Made by a program: the position numbers and the translations under genes. A DNA stretch of 64,000 bases, taken from contig QPMI01000173.1 of the NCBI GenBank assembly GCA_004431415.1, positions 1-64,000 of the forward strand, read 5' to 3'. This stretch comes from Cyanophora paradoxa CCMP329 (lineage: Eukaryota; Plantae; Glaucophyta). The notes beneath the pieces were generated by a model that worked only from the letters and a program-made list of their open reading frames with translations, was not told the DNA's origin and ran no database searches. Shown in pieces: positions 58,501-64,000 of this stretch (positions are counted from its first letter, which is position 1; each line of letters starts with the position of its first letter).

Positions 58501-61500
58501 ATGGCGCGCGGCGCGGGGCCCGGGGCTCGGGGATGGCGGCTTTCGCACGTCGTTCCCCTGCTTATCGCCGTGCTGTTTCACACGGTTTCGGCCGCCGTCA
58601 TCGACGTGAGCCCCGCTTCCGCTGGCGGCCTCGCCGCAGGTTCGTCGCTGCCCCGCGGCCGGCTTTCATCGCCCGGCTCACGCCCGGCGCAGCTGTGCAG
58701 AGGGCGGCGGCGGGCGACACTCTGCGGCTGGCGAAGGGGACGTACCAGACGGCCCAGCTGGAGCCTGCCGTGGCTGACCTCGTGATTGAGGGCGCCACAG
58801 GCGCGGCGTCGGACGTTGTCCTGACGCCCCCGGCCGGCGGGGTCGGGCGCCTCCTCCTGCTCCGCGATGCCGCCGCCCGCTTCCGCCTCTCTCACGTCAC
58901 GCTCCGTGGGGGCAAGGCTGCCGGGGTGCGCCCCCGCCTCGCGGTTCGCGTCGAGGGCCACACGCGCGGGCCGACGGGGCGGCAGGGCGGGTGCGTGCTC
59001 GTGGACATGGCCCGCAACACGAGCCGCGGCGTCCTCTTCTCCTCGGTCGCCTTCGAGTCTTGCTCCGCCAACGCGGCGGCCGTCGGCGCGGCGACGCTCG
59101 ACAAGGCGTACACCCCCAACGCCGGCGGGGCCATCCTCTTCGCCGGGCAGGCCGCCCCCACGCTCCGCGCCTGCAGCTTCACGTGCGCCGGCGATCGGCC
59201 CCGCACCGGCGCCTCCTCACGCCACGGCAGGCGCTGCGCCGCGGTGCTGGGCGGCGGGGCCGTGTGGACTTCGGCGAGGAGCGGTGCGGGGGGTCGAGGG
59301 TGGCGCTGCGGCGTCCCCGCCGGCGCTCGCTGCTGACCTGGACGCCGTCGCCAGCGCCCGTCTTCGAGGACTGCGTGTGGACAGAGAACACCGTCAGCAC
59401 GGGCTTCGGCGGAGGTGCCCCGCCCCCCCGCTCCCCGCCCCGCCCAGCCGCGCCGCCACCGCGCCGAGCCGCGCTCCGGCCGGGCGCAGCGGTGGTGCCG
59501 GAGGAGTCGAGCTCGCCCGTCTTTCGGCGGAACCGCTTCGTGAGGAACTTCAGCGGGGCGGGCGGGGCGGTGGACACGGGCGGGACGGCGACGCCCCGCT
59601 TCGAGGACTGCGTCTTCCTCGAGAACTGGAGCGACTACGGCGGCGGCGCCGTCTACGTGAGCCCCGCCCGCCCCCCCGCCCCCCGCGCGGCCCCCGTTCG
59701 CTCGACCAGTGCCGCCGGCTCGCCCCCGACGGGGGTCGGGGGCGCAGCACTACGGGGACGACCGGGCGGTCTTCGAGCGGTGCCGCTTCGAGGGGAACCG
59801 CGGCGCCTCGGGCGGGGGCGGCGCCGTCATCGTCTCCACCACCTGCCGCCCCACCTACGCCGACTGCTACTTCGCCAACCACACCAACGACGCCTCCGGT
59901 GGCCCCCTCGAGCTCCCTGTCCCGTCTCCTTGCGTCCCGCTGAGCGGCGCCGGCAGGCGGGGGCGGCGGGGGCACCTTCCTGGTGACGGGGGAGGGGGCC
60001 AAGCTGACGATCCTGCGCTCCACGGTGCGGCACACGCCTCAGCAGAGCCGCACGGAGCTCAGACTTGAGCGAGCCGCGCGAGCCGCGCAACCGCGCCACC
60101 TCTCCCGCTCCCGCCCCCTGTTTCCGACGCCAAGGCGGGGCGGGGCAGGTGCGGGACTCGCGGGGGGCGCAGGGCGGCGTCTTCTACCTCCGCGGCGCGG
60201 TCTCCCTCGAGGCGGACGGCCTCGTCGCCGACGGTGCGCTCCAGCCGCGCGATAGAGCCCTCGCACGGCCCTCGCGCCCCCTAGCACGGCAAGCCCTAAG
60301 CCTTGGATGAGGTCCGATAGAGCGCTGGGATGGCGCGAGGGTGGCGGTGAGATGGAGCCTTGGGGTGCGGGGGTGGCGGCGGCGGAGACCGTCGCGGGGG
60401 CGCTGAGGAGGGTGCGGCAGGGGCGGTGTCGACGAACCTCGGGGGCGGCCTGGCCGTCCTCACCAACGACGGCGGCGAGCTCACCCTCCGCAACAGCCGC
60501 ATCTCCAACATGGTCCCCCCCGCCCCCGCCCCCGCCCCCGCCCCCGCACCGCGCGATGCCTCGCCGGTCGCCTCTGACCGGGGGGGGCGGGGCCAGGTGG
60601 CGAGGAACGACATGGGCGGGGCGGTGCTGGCAATGCCGCGGAACGCGCCGCGGCTGCGCATCGAGAGGACGGTCTTCGAGAACTGCACGGCGGCCGACCT
60701 CGGCGGCGTCATCGCCTTCTCGGACGGCTCCCTCGACGCCCTCGGCGCCTCCTTCCTCGGCAACACCGGCGAGTCCGGCGGCGCCGTCGCCGTCCTCGGC
60801 ACGGCCGCCGCGCGCATGGAGGAGTGCCTCTTCGAGCGGAACGTGGCGCGGGCGAGGGGCGGCGCCATCCTCGTCGAGCGCGAGGCCACCGTGCGCGCCC
60901 CCGCACTCAAAGCCCCCCCGAAGCGGAGAGGTTTATCGAACACGCACGAATCCACGACGGAGCAGCGATTAGAGCGACGCCCCAGCCCTTGCTTCCCGCT
61001 CGCGCACGCCGCCGGCCGCGCCTCACGGGGAGCGCGCAGCTCTCCCTCGTTCGCAGCGTCGCCCGCGGCAACTCGGCGCCGATGTACGGGTGCGCGCCCC
61101 GGGGGACCCCTGGGGCGCCCCCTCTGACGGGGCGGGCGGGCAGCGGGGCGCTGTACACGGCGTCGGAGGGCGAGGTGCGCCTCGAGGGGGGGTCCTTCGA
61201 GGAGAACCGGGCGGCGAGCGGGGGCGCCTTCGCGGTGGCCAAGGCGGCGGGGGCGGTGGCGGCCTCGGGCGCCCGCTTCCTCCGCAACCTCGCCGACGTC
61301 GCCGGCGGCGTCTACTACCTCCTCGAGCCCCCCGGCAGCGTCCAGGTGCGCGCCAAGCGACGCCTCCGCCCCCGCGCCCGCCTGACGCCTGCGCGAAGCT
61401 CGCGAACGGGACGGTGGTGGAGGGGAACGGGGCGCGCTGGGGCAACGTCTCGGCGACGCGGCCGGCGCGGGTGGACCTCGCCGGCCCCGCGAACGTCTCG

Positions 61501-63381
61501 GCGGCGCCCGGCGCGGCCTTCACGGTCTCCGTCGAGCTGCGGGACGCCCTCGGGCAGCTCGTCCTCGTCGCCTCCCCGTCCGCCCTTCGCCTTGGCTTGG
61601 CCGTGGCCTTCCACTTCTGATCGCGACTGACGGGCCCCCTTCAGGCCGGTGCTCGTGCAGATGGCTGCGGGGGAGGGCCTGGTGGCGAACACGCTGGTGC
61701 CCTCGAAGCCCTTCGCCGGCGGCCGCGCGAGCTTCGAGATCGACGTGGAGGGCCGGCTCGGCGAGGAGTACGCCATCGGCTTCGGCTCCGACTACGGCGC
61801 CGCCCGCCTCCGCGTCACCGTCCTCCCCTGCCCCCGCGGCTTCGCCACCTCGCCCCTCCCCGACGGCCGCTTCCGCTGCATCGCATGGTGCCCCGGCCCC
61901 GGCCCCGTGCCTCCCCGCCCTGCGCCGACGCGCCGGGCGGCGGCGCAGCGAGCCCGGGACGTACAACCTGGGGCAGGACGGGGTGTGCCGGCCTTGCCCG
62001 ACGGGGGCGACCTGCCCGGGGGGCGGGGCCGTGCTCGCCCGCGACGGCTTCTGGCTGGACCCCGCCTCCATCGGCCGCGCCGCCCCCGCCGCCTACCGCT
62101 GCCCCCGCGGCCTCTGCTGCCCCACCGGCGCCTGCGGCCTCGACGCCCCCTGGTGCGCCCCGCGGCCGGGCGCTCCCCCTCGCCGCGCTCACGGCGGGGG
62201 CAGCGCGGCGCGGCGGCGGGGCGTGCTGTGCGGGGATTGCGAGGCGGGGTACAGCGACTGGGGCGGGGAGTGCACGGCGTGCACGACGCCGCAGCCGGCG
62301 CTGCTCGTCGTGCCCGTCGCCGCCGCCTGCGGCCTCGTCGCCATCTTCTGGGTCGCCAGGTCGCCGCCCCGGCCTCCCCGCGGGCCCCGCCGCTGACTCG
62401 GGGCGGGGGCAGCGCGGGGGACCCGTCCTCGGGGAAGGCCAAGTCGGTGGTCTTCTTCGTGCAGGCCTCGGCCTTCGTCGTCACCGACGTCTCCGTCGTC
62501 GCCGACCTCTCCTGGGACTCCCTCCTCTCCTCCTCCCTCCTCTGCCCCTTCCAAATCGACCCCGTCCACCGCTCCCTCCTCGGCTTCTGGATCCCCGCCC
62601 TCTCCTTCGTCCTCCTCCTCCTCCTCGTCTGCGCCGCCACCGGCCTATCCGTCCTCCGCACCAGGCGCCCCAGCCTCGACTCCACCCTCAGCCGCCGCCT
62701 CTTCGTCACCGCCGTCCAGGCACCCATCCCGCCTCGCCCCGTCCGCCCCCGTCCCGCCTCGCCCGCTCTCACCCGGCCCCGCCCGCAGCTCGCCGCCTTC
62801 TCCTACATCGCCATCGCCAACACGTCAATTAAGTTAAGTAGGACCTCTAGAATGGATTACTGGATTACTGGACCTCAATATTACTGGGTTACTGGATTAC
62901 TGGATCATCGGACCCAGCGTTAACGGCTAGCCGTCATCATCCCATCCGGTCTTACCCGAGCGCGCGCAGTTCCTCGACTGCATCTCCGTTGGCGAGAAGT
63001 GCGCCGCCCGCCTCACCTCAGTGTCGCAATCTTGAGCATCACCCCCGTTCCCCCCCCTGCCTGACGCCCCCGGCCCGCAGCCGCGTGCTGCGCCGCTCTC
63101 CCGCTGTCTCCTGCGACACCCCGGAGTACCGCCGCTGGGTGCCCCTCGCCTGGTACACCCCGCCCCCCGCCCGAGGCCGCACCTCCTGCTCCGCCCACGC
63201 CCCCGGCGCAGGGCGATGATCGCGGGGTACGTGGTGCTGGTGCCGCTGCTCTTCGGGGCGGCGGTGTGGCGGCTGCGGCGGCGTGGCGGGGCGCACCTGC
63301 GCGCCCCCGCGACGCGCCTCCGCTGGGGCGTCCTCTACGCCTGCTACCGGCCCCCGTGGGTCCTCTACGAGGTCCGCCCCG

Positions 63382-63421
<40 letters not shown>

Positions 63422-64000
63422 AGGCTATGCCAGAGGCCGCGAGGGGCATCCGCCGAGCACGAGAGCCGCGTCGCCCTTGGAGCAGAGCACTAGAAGAACC
63501 CCCCCTCCTCCGCCCAGGGGCTCCCCCCTTGCCCCTCGGGGAGGGCTAAACGAGGAGGGGGGGCCGCGGGGGCGCAGGTCTTCTTCATGGCGCGCCGCAT
63601 CCTCCTCATCGCAGTCGACGTCGCCTTCGGCAACAACTTCTCCAACCGCTCCCTCGGTCACCCGCCTACAAGCCCCGCCCGCGCTCACTAGCGACGTTAG
63701 AGTGAAGCGCTCAGAAGCGCCGGCAACGACCCCTCGAGCCGCTCCCGCTGCACGATCTGATCTGATTCGCGCTGTGGGATCTGACGGGGCGGGGTCCGAT
63801 GCGGGCGCAGGGATGTTCCTCGCGTCGACCCTCTTCGTGGCCGTGCACGAGGGGGCCCGCCCCTTCGCCACGCCCCTGGACAACGCCCTCGAGGTGCCCC
63901 CTCCCCGCCCCTCTTTCCTCTCGCAATCTTGCCTCACGCCGTCGCCGGCTTCGCTCGCGGCCCGCAGTCCCTCTTCCTCATCTCGCTCCTGCTGACCTCG
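58501..64000 (+). CDS. Surface/membrane protein: signal peptide, right-handed beta-helix (Pmp/pectin-lyase-like GGA and FxxN repeats), Cys-rich CxxCPxG region, multi-pass TM domain; truncated by the window end
   Basis: Hydrophobic N-terminus VVPLLIAVLFHTVSA; repeated FVRNFSGAGGAV, FLENWSDYGGGAV, FERNVARARGGAI; CRPCPTGATCPGG..VLARDGFW, YRCPRGLC, GVLCGDCEAGYS; TM part KSVVFFVQ, WGVLYACYRPPWVLYE, RPFATPLDNALE. Confidence 0.85.
62853..62908. repeat. Intronic 8-bp tandem repeat (TGGATTAC)n, about 7 degenerate units
   Basis: TGGATTAC TGGATTAC TGGACCTC AATATTAC TGGGTTAC TGGATTAC TGGATCAT. Confidence 0.8.

Overview
This is a very GC-rich eukaryotic nuclear window, not prokaryotic. Genes are split by many short (~50-90 nt) spliceosomal introns, so most of the supplied ORF track is shadow or intron read-through. 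Gene content and intron style suggest a flagellated protist or alga, but the organism cannot be identified from the sequence. All gene models below were spliced by hand. In order: a CTL/SLC44 choline transporter (3' part), dynein light chain LC8, a non-coding host transcript carrying two U54-like box C/D snoRNAs, Rad6/UBC2, a C11orf65/MFI homolog, three related F-box genes (one broken) around ORC1, two hypothetical genes, a non-RD TKL kinase, two inverted paralogs of a soluble-adenylyl-cyclase-like cyclase-STAND-TPR gene flanking TTI2, and a beta-helix (Pmp-like)/Cys-rich/multi-TM surface protein running off the right end. Three observations stand out. (1) Both snoRNAs have co-varied non-canonical boxes (C = AAGACGA, D and D' = CGGA) but keep an intact 18S guide. 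(2) The inverted cyclase-STAND pair shows mosaic near-identity, and one copy lacks the Walker B/GxP core. (3) GC-AG introns are frequent, and many introns have C-rich 5' halves and G-rich 3' ends.
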